64,000 nucleotides of DNA from a virus (Duplodnaviria > Caudoviricetes), in IMG/VR virus record IMGVR_UViG_3300025018_000142, positions 10,353 to 74,352 of that record; one strand, 5' to 3'. Within the stretch, counting starts at the first letter, position 1; every line of letters starts with the position of its first letter. The position numbers and the translations under genes were made by a program. The notes beneath the pieces were generated by a model that had not been told where the DNA came from, did no database searches, and saw only the letters and a program-made list of their open reading frames with translations. Shown here piece after piece: positions 40,482 through 50,700 of this stretch.

Positions 40482-40508
40482 TCTACTAATCTTAACCCAC
40501 AACTATCA

Positions 40509-40835
40509 ATGAAATTGACGATTAAACCGCTATCGGTAAACAGATGCTGGCAAGGAAAACGATTTAAGACGAGAGGGTACATCCTCTATGAGCGACTGAT
40601 ACTTGCAATCCTTCCTAATGACATTGTTATTCCTGCAGGAAAGTTGCAGGCTAGGTATACATTCGGAGTCAGCAGCAAAAACGCCGATAATGATAATCCA
40701 GTTAAGCCATTCCAAGACATCTTACAAAAGAAATACGGATTCAATGATCACCGAATATATAAAACGATTGTAGAGAAAACAGATGTCCCCAAGGGGGGGG
40801 AATTTATTGAGTTCTCTCTTACTGCGTATCCTTAG
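40509..40835 (+). CDS. rusA: RusA-like resolvase
   Basis: IKPLSVN..WQG, DNDNPVKPFQDILQKKYGFNDHRI. Confidence 0.65.
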   Translation: MKLTIKPLSVNRCWQGKRFKTRGYILYERLILAILPNDIVIPAGKLQARYTFGVSSKNADNDNPVKPFQDILQKKYGFNDHRIYKTIVEKTDVPKGGEFIEFSLTAYP

Positions 40836-41100
40836 GAGGGATATAGCGCAGGTCAAAGTTCTTCAGTAACATATCCAATTTACCATTAATCTGCTTGATG
40901 TCCTGTTCGTTTGTATATTTTGACTGCTCCAAAGTGTAAATCTTATCCTGCTGTGCGTCCACGGTCAAGATTAAATTGTTCTGTTTAATATTGTTTGAAA
41001 CGATGTATGCAACAAGCGAACCAATTGCAATAATTACTGACAAATTCTTCTGTAGAAATGCGAGTAACTCTGAGGTCTCTTTTTCTGCTGCATCTTTCAT
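40819..41100 (-). CDS. Single-TM coiled-coil membrane protein
   Basis: KNLSVIIAIGSLVAYIV, similar to NLSTIVAICAIVG of 16767-17090. Confidence 0.55.
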   Translation of the reverse strand: MKDAAEKETSELLAFLQKNLSVIIAIGSLVAYIVSNNIKQNNLILTVDAQQDKIYTLEQSKYTNEQDIKQINGKLDMLLKNFDLRYIPPKDTQ

Positions 41101-41396
41101 GTTTTATTTAACACTAAAGGGTTAGGTAAAACAATCCATTCAACAAATTCTCTGTTTTCTTCAATGAATAATAGAAGCTCATCTTTATAAATGATCAAAT
41201 CACCATTCTCATCTATTGCTTCTGTACGATACTTATAGCTTGGATCAACCAATTTCTCGTTTCTCCATTCGCAGAATTTTGTGAACTTTGTAAATACATC
41301 CCTGTAGTCATAACAATTCTTGAGCTTAGTACTAGCAGCTAGTTTGATCTCAGCAAGATTAAGGAGTTCCTCTGTTGTTCGTATTTTTTTGTTCAT
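41097..41396 (-). CDS. Hypothetical protein
   Basis: 99-aa ORF, ATGA-coupled to the downstream gene. Confidence 0.55.
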   Translation of the reverse strand: MNKKIRTTEELLNLAEIKLAASTKLKNCYDYRDVFTKFTKFCEWRNEKLVDPSYKYRTEAIDENGDLIIYKDELLLFIEENREFVEWIVLPNPLVLNKT

Positions 41397-41410
41397 GGCA
41401 ATAATGAAGA

Positions 41411-41868
41411 ACCCCGCAGCAAGCTGACGGGGTATCTAGCGGTTAATTTATTTCATACTCAAAGAATGTGAGCTGATTTCGCTCAATTAAGTCCTATTGT
41501 TGCCCTTGCTTTTGTACGTACTCCCTAATCACATTCTCGTTTCCATATTGTCCAACTGTAGTTGCATAGTATCCGCTACTCCAGAAGCTTCCTCCCCACA
41601 AGAATTTTTTCACTTCCTTGTGTCGCCGAAAGATTTCCCTCGCGGTAAGACTCTTTGTTATCTGTACGATATCTTTTACCTTCAGCACAAATTTCACGAA
41701 GACTCAGAGTTACCGCCTCGGTAAATACTTTTCGTCTGTATCGTACAGGATACACCATGTGGTACAAAAGCAGGGTTTTGTTATGACTCTTTTTAATGTG
41801 CTCCACCATTCTTTGATCTTAGCACGGTTCCCGTGCTAACAACTCCAACCGCAGCAAGCTGCGGGGAA
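41411..41868 (-). mobile_element. IS200/IS605-family element, internally deleted (non-autonomous)
   Basis: CCGCAGCAAGCTG(A)CGGGG hairpins at both ends (41412-32, 41849-66) flank tnpA fragments. Confidence 0.8.
41494..41809 (-). pseudogene. tnpA: Y1 transposase TnpA pseudogene lacking the HUH motif
   Basis: 5' part LLYHMVYPVRYRRKVF..EIC and 3' part KSLTAREIF..LWGGSFWSSGYY..TVG..EYVQKQ are in different frames; the intervening HUH segment is absent. Confidence 0.85.
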
Positions 41869-41933
41869 ATCTTCTCGATTATATTAAGGTAGGAAATAAT
41901 GTGCTCTAAAGTTAAATTCATCATATCTTCTTA

Positions 41934-42671
41934 CTACAAATCAGTCAACAAAATTCCCGTTATTGCCATATTGTCATTCATGGCCCACGTGAACGGAGAA
42001 GTGTTTTGAATATAGGCGTTAGCATAGGTAGGGTACACAAAGGCAGCGGAAGTGAATGCTCCAAACCCATAAGGAGCTGTGCCGGAATCATCCCCCCTCG
42101 CACTCATCGAACTCACAGCCGCACCGGTGAACGGAAGTGTGAAACTCCATATTCCTGTACCAAACGTGGTTGCACTCCCCGCAGACCAGTTAATAATAAT
42201 AAGAGCAAACTTCCCTTGCAAATTGAACTTCCCCGTCAGAACCCCATTGCCTAATACCGGCGGAGTACCTGATGTAGCCCAATTCGGAGTGTAGGAATGA
42301 TAGGCAGGAAATCCTAGTGGATTCTCCACACGCGAATAATAATTAGCTGATATTGCAGCATTAGCAACAGTATAATTAGTCCCGCCTGTTACCGTCAGTA
42401 GCGTACTCGTGACCGCAGTAACATAGAAATACTTTACCGTTGTTTGAGTAAATTTTATCTTGTCACCCACCTTGTACTTTGATGTGGCTCCGGTTGGAAC
42501 AGTGATAGTTGTGGCAGAAGCATAAGTCCATGTTTCATTAGCAGGAATCCAACCAGTTTCGATATTATTAATGGCCGTATAGAAACCAGCATCATTTGTA
42601 CCCAATAGATTCCACTTCGCAGCGGTAGGTACTTCGAAAGCTACAACAGACCATGCATTATAACCAGTCAT
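41934..42671 (-). CDS. Tail fibre / receptor-binding-like protein
   Basis: Thr/Gly/aromatic-rich; last gene of the siphoviral tail cluster. Confidence 0.65.
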   Translation of the reverse strand: MTGYNAWSVVAFEVPTAAKWNLLGTNDAGFYTAINNIETGWIPANETWTYASATTITVPTGATSKYKVGDKIKFTQTTVKYFYVTAVTSTLLTVTGGTNYTVANAAISANYYSRVENPLGFPAYHSYTPNWATSGTPPVLGNGVLTGKFNLQGKFALIIINWSAGSATTFGTGIWSFTLPFTGAAVSSMSARGDDSGTAPYGFGAFTSAAFVYPTYANAYIQNTSPFTWAMNDNMAITGILLTDL

Positions 42672-43090
42672 TACAGCTTCTTGATAATAAAGTTATCGAT
42701 ATTCTGTTCACCATTCTCCAGCTTATACTCTGAAGGCTTTGAACTAACCCTTCCCAACACTTTCTCAATATCCTTCTTCGTAACATGATTCTCCTCAATC
42801 CCTTTCACGCCCTTTTCCTGCTCACTCAATCGACTATCATTCCCACATAGGCACTGAAATCCTAAATATCCATCCAAACGGTGACGAGTAGCCAACAGCC
42901 ACATCTTTCCCCTCCCATCAACCTTCGGTTCGATTCTGCCGTCTTTATACACTTCGGCAACAACTCTTCCACACCCTCCACAAATAACCTGATCAATAAC
43001 TTCACCCGAAATGATATTCTCAATAGTCTTTCGTTGACCTTCGGGCAACTTATTTAATATTTTTCTCACTTCATCTATTCCCAATTTCAT
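42671..43090 (-). CDS. Hypothetical protein (Cys motifs)
   Basis: ICGGCG ... CLCG; TAGAAT 5 nt upstream of the ATG. Confidence 0.6.
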   Translation of the reverse strand: MKLGIDEVRKILNKLPEGQRKTIENIISGEVIDQVICGGCGRVVAEVYKDGRIEPKVDGRGKMWLLATRHRLDGYLGFQCLCGNDSRLSEQEKGVKGIEENHVTKKDIEKVLGRVSSKPSEYKLENGEQNIDNFIIKKL

Positions 43091-43121
43091 ACCCTATTCT
43101 AACAAAATTAGTTCCCTCTTA

Positions 43122-43916
43122 CTATATAACAACATACGGCTTTATAATTGCCCTGATACCCGAACCCACAAAATATTGTCCAACATCACTCCAATCCGTA
43201 CCATCTGCCTTTTCAAAGGTTAATGTTCTACCCAACCAAGTACTTACTATTGCAGGAACATTCCCTGTTGGCCCATAAATCGATATCCTTTGTTCATAAA
43301 CTTCTAATTCGTTAGGAGGAGGTTCGAGACTTACAATCGCCACCCCACCAGGGAAAGGTATGGAGATAGTATTCCCCGATCCTGAAATGATATACCATCC
43401 TGACGAGAACTCATCAATCATTATTTCTCTTCCAATCTGCCTATAAGCAACATCAATCAAAGAGGTACTAATATCCAATGTCCCACTTCCGTTCCATACC
43501 GAAACATCCGTTACCGAATTATTTAATAACTGATAAGGCCATCCAGTAGGTTCAACAAACTTCGAGAACCGAATCTCCTGTATATCATTTGGAATAAAAT
43601 CGTAATTACTTACATGAATCTTTCCTTCTTCAACAGCAAAAACAACCAAGTAATAATATCCATCAGAAGAGGGGGTTAAGTCCCCCGCATTCGCCCTAAT
43701 TCTGATTCTATCTCCTATAGCGAACTGCACAAGAGCATTTCCTGTATACGATAAATAGGTGTCAGCCACTCCAAACAAAGCAGGGTTCATCACTACCCAA
43801 TCCGAATCAATAGGCAACAATTGATTTCTACCCGTATCATCAGCAGTCTTCAATTGACTATTACTTGAATATTTGTTCGAATCGGTTGTTATAACAGTTC
43901 CCATATTACGGTGCAA
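43122..43916 (-). CDS. Minor tail protein
   Basis: Shares the W...GD(R/K)I(R/K)...Y.V...P.G(W/F)P domain pattern with 41934-42671. Confidence 0.55.
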   Translation of the reverse strand: MHRNMGTVITTDSNKYSSNSQLKTADDTGRNQLLPIDSDWVVMNPALFGVADTYLSYTGNALVQFAIGDRIRIRANAGDLTPSSDGYYYLVVFAVEEGKIHVSNYDFIPNDIQEIRFSKFVEPTGWPYQLLNNSVTDVSVWNGSGTLDISTSLIDVAYRQIGREIMIDEFSSGWYIISGSGNTISIPFPGGVAIVSLEPPPNELEVYEQRISIYGPTGNVPAIVSTWLGRTLTFEKADGTDWSDVGQYFVGSGIRAIIKPYVVI

Positions 43917-45393
43917 TCATATCAGTTCCGCCAACGGCGGATACCCCTATTGTAAAGTAATTAGAATTATCAAGCAATTTTCCGACAGTAACAATCTGCG
44001 TAAACTTCCCCGGTAATCCAATCCGATTAATAATCTTAATCACTCTGAATACTTCAATCACTCCATTCAAATCGATTCTCACGGCATCTCCTAACTGTAA
44101 CGTCATATCACCCTTAATTTCCAACTGCTTTATTTCTCCAACATCAGTAAAGGTATGCAGAATAATCAACGCTTTACTTTGTGCATTATCCACATCACCA
44201 AAGAAATCATTATTGATCGATAAAATCTTTTCTCCATATTTATCAACTGAACTCGAATCTTCCTCGCGAATATAAATATCCTGAACAGGAACTGCAGGGG
44301 TGGCAAATATAACGACACTCGTCACCCATAAATCAGCACTTCCGTTGTTAGTGAATACCAACTGCAAAGAAGTATCGAATAAATACGAACTCGACAACAC
44401 AACACTACTTGAAGCAACCCCCGAACCATCTTGAAGCGTATTTACTTCATAATATGAGGTTTTCTTGCTGGTAACATAAACAGGATCAACGGCACTCGTA
44501 ACAGGTTCCTGAAAACTAATCCATATTGGAACACTCTGACCATGAAGAATCTGAATAGGCTGTGTCAATTGACCGTACATCTGCAAAGATTGAACCTCAC
44601 GAATCTTCCCCTCAACAACAACAACATTCACTAATTCATCATTACTTTTAGGCACTGAATTAACAATATTCCTATATGAATCCAAATACATCTTCACATC
44701 GGAACTATACCCCTGTCTGTTTTTAAAGGTGATTGCCCCATCTTCATCCATAAATAGTCTTCCGCCTTCTGCTTCCATTAACTTGAAAACAAGATCCCCC
44801 AAAACCTCTCCTTTTTTTGCATAGACAAACGGTATTCGATTAAGCCCGACATCGAGATTCATTTGCACATCCAATACTCCTTGATCATTGAACAAAGTCC
44901 TCAATATCTCATCGGTTCTCTTGTCTATAAACATTGATGATTCATCCAGCGGTTTCTTTAAGAAATAAGATAAGAAATCGATTGCATGAAGAATAACGAT
45001 CTTAGATTTCTCATTGACACTAGGCATTCCATCGGTAAGACCAACGAACGACTGTACGACTTCACTTCCGAATCCGGAATATATCTTGACTGGCCTTGCT
45101 GGCAACATATAAATACTCAATACAGAGCTCCCATTTGGAGTGAACAATCCATCATGATTATCTAGAATAATATCCGCCATCCCCGAAGATACAGATGCAT
45201 ACATTTGTTCCTCACGTGTCCATTCAACGTCAACAATACGGCCGCTATAATCTGTATACAGATATTTATCCCAGTCTTGAATTCCTTGCAATGTTGGCTC
45301 TTGGAGTTTAGAGAACGATATAAAAACATCACCTCTAATTGGCCTAGCATCTGAAGTTGCCAATGTTTTGAATAAGACCGAAGTGTTTTGCAT
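43906..45393 (-). CDS. Baseplate hub / Tal-like tail protein
   Basis: 495 aa after the Dit-like gene; EGGRLFMDEDGAITFK and NVVVV motifs. Confidence 0.6.
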   Translation of the reverse strand: MQNTSVLFKTLATSDARPIRGDVFISFSKLQEPTLQGIQDWDKYLYTDYSGRIVDVEWTREEQMYASVSSGMADIILDNHDGLFTPNGSSVLSIYMLPARPVKIYSGFGSEVVQSFVGLTDGMPSVNEKSKIVILHAIDFLSYFLKKPLDESSMFIDKRTDEILRTLFNDQGVLDVQMNLDVGLNRIPFVYAKKGEVLGDLVFKLMEAEGGRLFMDEDGAITFKNRQGYSSDVKMYLDSYRNIVNSVPKSNDELVNVVVVEGKIREVQSLQMYGQLTQPIQILHGQSVPIWISFQEPVTSAVDPVYVTSKKTSYYEVNTLQDGSGVASSSVVLSSSYLFDTSLQLVFTNNGSADLWVTSVVIFATPAVPVQDIYIREEDSSSVDKYGEKILSINNDFFGDVDNAQSKALIILHTFTDVGEIKQLEIKGDMTLQLGDAVRIDLNGVIEVFRVIKIINRIGLPGKFTQIVTVGKLLDNSNYFTIGVSAVGGTDMIAP

Positions 45394-45764
45394 TATGAAA
45401 AAGCAAACTGCTCAGTAACGTTAAGCTTAAAGTCTTTAATGATGACCGCATTGTACTTAAGTTGTTGAGCGCTAATATCGAGAAGCACGGGGGCATTAAT
45501 TCCGAATGCAGGAATCTGTAAAATAGGGAATGTGTGGTATGTAAAGCGCCATAAATAATAGTTATAGATGACATCGAAGTCCGAACGCATTAGATTGTCC
45601 CAGCTTATTACCCAAGAACGCCGTATATTCAGAAAATCCGTATACAAAGTACCCCCTAACGTTTCATTTACCGTCTCGTGTGCCTTGTAGTCACGAGTAC
45701 AATTCGAATAGTTAGCCAGCTTCTGGCCATTAATATAAATCGACATATCTAATGCTTCGTTCAT
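45393..45764 (-). CDS. Distal tail-like protein
   Basis: Directly after the tape measure; TLGGTLYTD...RRSW.ISW pattern. Confidence 0.55.
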   Translation of the reverse strand: MNEALDMSIYINGQKLANYSNCTRDYKAHETVNETLGGTLYTDFLNIRRSWVISWDNLMRSDFDVIYNYYLWRFTYHTFPILQIPAFGINAPVLLDISAQQLKYNAVIIKDFKLNVTEQFAFS

Positions 45765-45768
45765 TCTA

Positions 45769-47571
45769 TCAACGTATTATCTTAACTTGTGGCCCATTTG
45801 CCCTCAATGCCTGATCAACTACTTCTTTGATTCTAAAACCAATTTCACGTAGCTCACCTGCACTACTCGCAAGTACGCCCGTGAGAGGTATCGTCACATT
45901 GGTAACCTGCCCCGCAGAAAGGGATCCCTGCCTTCCCTCAACAGCTCCTGAAACTGTTTTCACTGCTCCCGCCATGCCCATTCGATTCTGGGCCGAAATT
46001 GAGGCTAATTCCGTAAACATGTCTGCGTAAGTATTTGTCATTTCGTTTGCGCCCTTATGTATCCAGTCAACTAAAGAAGGAGAATGACGTACAAATGGAT
46101 TAAGTGCGTCATTAATTTTCTTCTTAATCTTGGTCATTAAATAATTCAAGTCATCCCAAGCCTTCCAAAACGGCTGCATTATCGCGTTATAAATGTTCTT
46201 TATTGCTTGCGTAATGGAGTTGGGCAAGCCTGCAAACCATCCCACCACTTTTGCAGTTCCGTCTTTTATTCCCTTCCACATTGAGTTAAACCGATCAATC
46301 GAAAGGGTTACACTCTTAATGACAAGGCCAATCACGTAAACAATGGCCAAGAAAGCTGCGTACAAAACAACACCGATAACCTGTGCTATAAACTTCAATA
46401 CAGGTATTAATATAGGCGATAGGATGTCCCACAATTTCTTAAGTGCAGGAATTAGCCCATTTTTACCAACAAACGCTTCCTTTAAATTGTTAAGTGCAGG
46501 AATTAGTGTTGGAGATATAATGTCCCACAACTGTTTGAGTGTTGTCTTTACGGCCTTCATCAGATTATCCCAGCCACCGAATTTGTCAACGAGTAACTTG
46601 AGAGCTAACCCAAGGAGTGCACCAACGGCGATAAAGGGAAGAAGAGGAGCCATTGTGGCCCATAAACTCGCAGCCAGTGCTGTTAATGCTGGGAGTAATG
46701 CGATTGTAATTGCTCCTGCAACCATATAAAGCGCTGCCTTATTATCGTCAAGTAGATTGTTAAAATAATCCCACACCGTTCCATCGCCAAGTATATTATC
46801 CATTAACTCAACTAATTGTTCCTTGAAAGGAGTAAGTCCATTATCGATGGCCTCCCCAATCTGTTCCTGAATATTGCCAAACTGTACTCCAAGATGCGCA
46901 TCGAGACCCTGGGATGTTTGCATTGCTACTTCGTTTGTAAATTTTAAGTTTTGTGCAAAGCCCTTGGTGATTGCTTTGACTTTGTCTGATTCTTTCCCGA
47001 ACTGAATCATCTTCCTTTGCGCATCAGTGAAGCGGATACCTGACTTTTCCAGTACTCCGAATTGACCGTTAAGTGCTTTTGCAATCATATTCGCCGACTG
47101 TGCAACCTGTTCACCAGAAGCATTTACGCCGAACTGATTTACCGTTAAGTCAGCAAGCGATCCTCCCAAGTTTTGTACTGCCTTATTCGTAAGTCCAAAT
47201 GTGGAAAGCTGTGCAAGCCCCGTTTTAATCGCATCATCATCAAGGACTCCTTTTGCAGACAATCTTTCAGCGAGGTATCCTGTCTGTTTTAGCTGTTCTT
47301 TTGTAGCCTTTGATACGCCAATAACTGCGTGTTCCAACTGTGCCTGTGCGGTTTGAGAGTCTTGGTAAGCAGCAACGGATTTAACCCCGAATGCGACAAT
47401 CCCAACTGCGAGTCCCGTAACACCGGCAAGAAGAGCATTCGAACCTTGCTCGGCGTCTTTAAACGAGCCACGAAGTCCACCCATTAAGCCTCTTGCTTTG
47501 GTAACTTTACCTTCAAATTTTTTATCTTGAAGATCTAAATCGTAGTGTACTCCTCCTATTGATTCTGACAT
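45769..47571 (-). CDS. Tape measure protein
   Basis: 600 aa, helical, hydrophobic middle and W/F-periodic repeats; follows the tail chaperones. Confidence 0.85.
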   Translation of the reverse strand: MSESIGGVHYDLDLQDKKFEGKVTKARGLMGGLRGSFKDAEQGSNALLAGVTGLAVGIVAFGVKSVAAYQDSQTAQAQLEHAVIGVSKATKEQLKQTGYLAERLSAKGVLDDDAIKTGLAQLSTFGLTNKAVQNLGGSLADLTVNQFGVNASGEQVAQSANMIAKALNGQFGVLEKSGIRFTDAQRKMIQFGKESDKVKAITKGFAQNLKFTNEVAMQTSQGLDAHLGVQFGNIQEQIGEAIDNGLTPFKEQLVELMDNILGDGTVWDYFNNLLDDNKAALYMVAGAITIALLPALTALAASLWATMAPLLPFIAVGALLGLALKLLVDKFGGWDNLMKAVKTTLKQLWDIISPTLIPALNNLKEAFVGKNGLIPALKKLWDILSPILIPVLKFIAQVIGVVLYAAFLAIVYVIGLVIKSVTLSIDRFNSMWKGIKDGTAKVVGWFAGLPNSITQAIKNIYNAIMQPFWKAWDDLNYLMTKIKKKINDALNPFVRHSPSLVDWIHKGANEMTNTYADMFTELASISAQNRMGMAGAVKTVSGAVEGRQGSLSAGQVTNVTIPLTGVLASSAGELREIGFRIKEVVDQALRANGPQVKIIR

Positions 47572-47580
47572 AGTTCTTTA

Positions 47581-48308
47581 TTACCTCTGATTAAATGCTT
47601 TTTTTATTTCTTCGGTAGTCGACTGATTTTCCTCAGATAAATCTAGTATATCATCTGTGCGACTTTTGAACGAGTCCAACACCTCTTTGCCACTGCCTTG
47701 CTCTAAATGCGGAAAGCTCACAACTGCCATATCAGTCAGTCGTATTCCTGCATCGACAGCGTAGGATTCGTTAAGTAGTGTAAAAAAAACAAATGCCGAT
47801 TCATTCATGAGCGAATCGTATGTATATCCTGGATAGAAATGAAGAAACCAAGCTATCTCACGGATGAGATTGTAGCTTTTTTTTTATGAGTGTTTACCGA
47901 GATTCCTCTTCGTTCGAGTTCCTTAAGCTGTGCCGGTTTCGCAAGTCCCATGGCAACAGTTACAACCGACATGAGATTATCAATTGACAGCTCATACCCT
48001 TTAATTGCGGGGATAATCGCCTCAATATTATTGATGAATTCTTCAACGAGATCTAAAGTTTCCTCTGCATTAAGCGTGCCGCCTTTTTCGTTTTTCCTGT
48101 CTGATGACACTTTTTTCCACTTCTTCATCATTGTGCCCAGCCTGATTAACGACTGCAGTGAGGGGGATGTGAGAATTACAGTATCGCCTTCTACATTTTG
48201 CTCACCTTTTTTTATACGAGCTTTTTGATTATCATTCAAAGGCATACGGATGTGTGCTTGTGGTTGTTCTACTGTTGAGAGGTCTAGATCTATGTGTTGG
48301 TCAGCCAT
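47581..48308 (-). CDS. Tail assembly chaperones G / G-T (programmed -1 frameshift)
   Basis: G = 48308-47853. At CAT AAA AAA AAA (A9, 47885-77) the -1 frame is open (SYNLIREIAWFLHFYPGYTYDSL) into ORF 47808-47581. Confidence 0.85.
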
Positions 48309-48319
48309 ATTTCTATTGG

Positions 48320-48847
48320 TTAAGAAATATCTTCATCACCAATTCGGCCAAGGATTGTTCCTTCTGGTTGTGTTTCATCTACTAAGGCCTCAAATGTCGA
48401 TTCAAAGACCAATTGTTCGTCAACTTTAAATGGTAATTCGACTGATTCGCCTGCAGAGACTGCTTTGAATAGATAAATATCTTCTGAACGATCAGATGCA
48501 ACCAAACGATTAGGATGTAAACGAATAAGTCCTGCACCTGCGAGTAGTGAATATCCTGCACTACAGCCGAAGCCTAACTTATCATCACCGCCTCCGTCTG
48601 TATAAGCACCTTCTGGGAGTACTTTTGTGAGGATTGCTTCGACTGGTTCTGCAAGAATAAGCTTCACTTTGGCACGCGTACCAACAATAACTTTGTCGAC
48701 TGGAGTATCTCCCCACTTATCGACTGTCATATCGACAATTTTTCGTTCAATAGTTAAGGTGCTTCCACCTTTTGTGTGGCCCAATGAGATTTCTTTGAAG
48801 AATGCCTCGTATGCGCCAATTCTTAGGTTGTTTGTATTTAGTGCCAT
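48320..48847 (-). CDS. Major tail (tube) protein
   Basis: LGHTKGGSTL...TVDKWGDTPVDK pattern; precedes the chaperones. Confidence 0.75.
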   Translation of the reverse strand: MALNTNNLRIGAYEAFFKEISLGHTKGGSTLTIERKIVDMTVDKWGDTPVDKVIVGTRAKVKLILAEPVEAILTKVLPEGAYTDGGGDDKLGFGCSAGYSLLAGAGLIRLHPNRLVASDRSEDIYLFKAVSAGESVELPFKVDEQLVFESTFEALVDETQPEGTILGRIGDEDIS

Positions 48848-48857
48848 AAATTTTGTT

Positions 48858-49256
48858 TTATGAAATTAACCCTGTGATAATAAATACTACACTAAGCTTC
48901 AACATTTTTCTACCCTCACCGTCACGGTCAAGATCTAGTATCTGGCCAGCACAATATGAGAAGTGAACAGTGTAAGAGTCAGTATTATAGTGATGTTTCT
49001 GATGTAGGTAGTCGTAAATGGCTCTCAAATAGTCGCTCGCCACCTTCGCATTTTTGAACACTGCCCAGAAATCTAGAGTGTGGTACTCAACTGCAGTGTA
49101 TCTATCCGGCTCCGGGGATGCTCCCTCAACTACGAATACGCCATCAATGCCACGAACCAGCTCGCCAACCTTTACGTTCGAATCACCCGGGCCGAATGTC
49201 AAACCGGGGATATTTGGTGCTAGTAACGTGCAAAGGGCAAATGCAAATGATTCCAT
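48858..49256 (-). CDS. Tail terminator-like protein
   Basis: Position and size in the siphoviral neck cluster. Confidence 0.55.
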   Translation of the reverse strand: MESFAFALCTLLAPNIPGLTFGPGDSNVKVGELVRGIDGVFVVEGASPEPDRYTAVEYHTLDFWAVFKNAKVASDYLRAIYDYLHQKHHYNTDSYTVHFSYCAGQILDLDRDGEGRKMLKLSVVFIITGLIS

Positions 49257-49262
49257 GTTTTA

Positions 49263-49637
49263 TTATACTGATTTTCTAAATTTCTGCACAGCTTGTTTTA
49301 GATATTCGAGTGCATTCTTCTCTAGGTAATCGCCAGCCTTGCGTAAGAAACCCTTACCAGTATTCGGCGTTGAGTACTTTTTCACAATATGCGTGCCGTC
49401 TTTTCGCTTCCCGGCCTCCTGATAAGCAGCATAAGGAGTTTCAACTTTGATACGATGTTTCATTATATCGAGCCGTTCGTGCGTTGTATTATCCGAAAGT
49501 TTGCCGGTTTCACCAATAGGCACGGTTTGTTTCACTTTCAGAACGCCATCGTCTGCCATAGTTGATAATGCTGAGTCCATGACACCTTTGTTTTTTCTAA
49601 CAAACTCTTCGGATCTGTCCGTAAAGATGAGGCTCAT
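49263..49637 (-). CDS. HK97 gp10-like neck protein
   Basis: VP..TGKL ... TPYAAYQEAG ... FLRKA. Confidence 0.65.
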   Translation of the reverse strand: MSLIFTDRSEEFVRKNKGVMDSALSTMADDGVLKVKQTVPIGETGKLSDNTTHERLDIMKHRIKVETPYAAYQEAGKRKDGTHIVKKYSTPNTGKGFLRKAGDYLEKNALEYLKQAVQKFRKSV

Positions 49638-49960
49638 GATATATTCACATCGGTTACCTTTAGATCGGCTTTCACAAACTGTACCTCTGTTTCACCTAAT
49701 CTTCGTGCGAAAGTAATTCGTTCGACTTGATAGTAAGTACCCTCGAAATTGATAATCGAACCTTTTACGACACTGGTTGTTGGAGCAAGGTGCAGTAACG
49801 CATCAGAATCCAGTATCTCTTGCTGTGGCGCTCTTCGAAGAGTTGTTATTTCCCTAAATCTACAAGCCTCAGCAACACGGGACACCTCAGTATAGTCGCT
49901 ATATTCGTTGCGACCCATCGTTATAACGTAACACGCTTGTACTAAGTATTCTTCGAGCAT
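49634..49960 (-). CDS. Head closure (stopper)-like protein
   Basis: 108 aa; GS.I.FEGTYYQV pattern; position. Confidence 0.55.
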   Translation of the reverse strand: MLEEYLVQACYVITMGRNEYSDYTEVSRVAEACRFREITTLRRAPQQEILDSDALLHLAPTTSVVKGSIINFEGTYYQVERITFARRLGETEVQFVKADLKVTDVNIS

Positions 49961-50550
49961 TATATTAATATGTCATCCTTTATGTAACCGGCCAATATGG
50001 CATCAATTATATCTTTTTTAGTTGATAGTTCACCCGATGCCAATGAAACCGCAAAGGCCCTACTGTAGCCCTCGATTCCTTCGGACATTAACTTACCATT
50101 CATACCCTCTACCACCATGCCAGAGACTAGGGTAGTCGCAACGAACTTAATGTCATCTGGAAGTGCACCCAGAGAAAACTTAGCTGTAACAGCAATACGA
50201 GCAAGGCCTGCTGGAAAACAACCCGATCGGCTTTCTAGCCATGTTTTAATGTCATCATTTTGTGGGAGTGCTTCGTATTGCTCGTGAAGAATATATGTGT
50301 CGACTTCAGTTAAAGAACTATCAAGCAATTTCACACTAGAGATATCGGTACAAGGGTCAATATCAATAATCTTACTTCCCCCCGGATAATACATCGTGGA
50401 AAGTGACGGAGTTGTATCGAATGAACTGCCAGTATAACTGTCAATGTAGGCCTTTACTGCTGCAAGCCAGCTTGGAAGCATGACGAGTTCGTTTGCGGTT
50501 AATACCCTTTTTATCTGAGCCTCGATGTCCGCCTGAGTTGTGTAATCCAT
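49960..50550 (-). CDS. Head-tail connector (adaptor) protein
   Basis: YTTQADIEAQI...AVKAYIDSYTG...LPDDIKFVAT pattern. Confidence 0.7.
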   Translation of the reverse strand: MDYTTQADIEAQIKRVLTANELVMLPSWLAAVKAYIDSYTGSSFDTTPSLSTMYYPGGSKIIDIDPCTDISSVKLLDSSLTEVDTYILHEQYEALPQNDDIKTWLESRSGCFPAGLARIAVTAKFSLGALPDDIKFVATTLVSGMVVEGMNGKLMSEGIEGYSRAFAVSLASGELSTKKDIIDAILAGYIKDDILI

Positions 50551-50643
50551 TTTTCTTTTTACCTTTAGTTAATTCAGGCTCGAGAATAGCAGAATGATAA
50601 ATGTCGCTCTTCTTAAGCATTCTCTATTATGCCACATAAGTAG

Positions 50644-50680
50644 AAAAAGGGCAGAGCTAATTAAAGCCCCACCCCAGTTC
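50644..50680 (-). terminator. Intrinsic terminator after MCP
   Basis: Minus strand GGGGTGGGGC..GCTCTGCCC followed by TTTTT. Confidence 0.5.
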
Positions 50681-50700
50681 TATCCTTAATCGCCGATTAC

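Noticed and set aside
41680-41695. Exact microhomology explaining the tnpA deletion (GTAAAAGATAT reads KRY in one frame and VKDI in the other)
   Set aside because: The junction cannot be fixed without the intact parent; the KRY reading may be coincidental.
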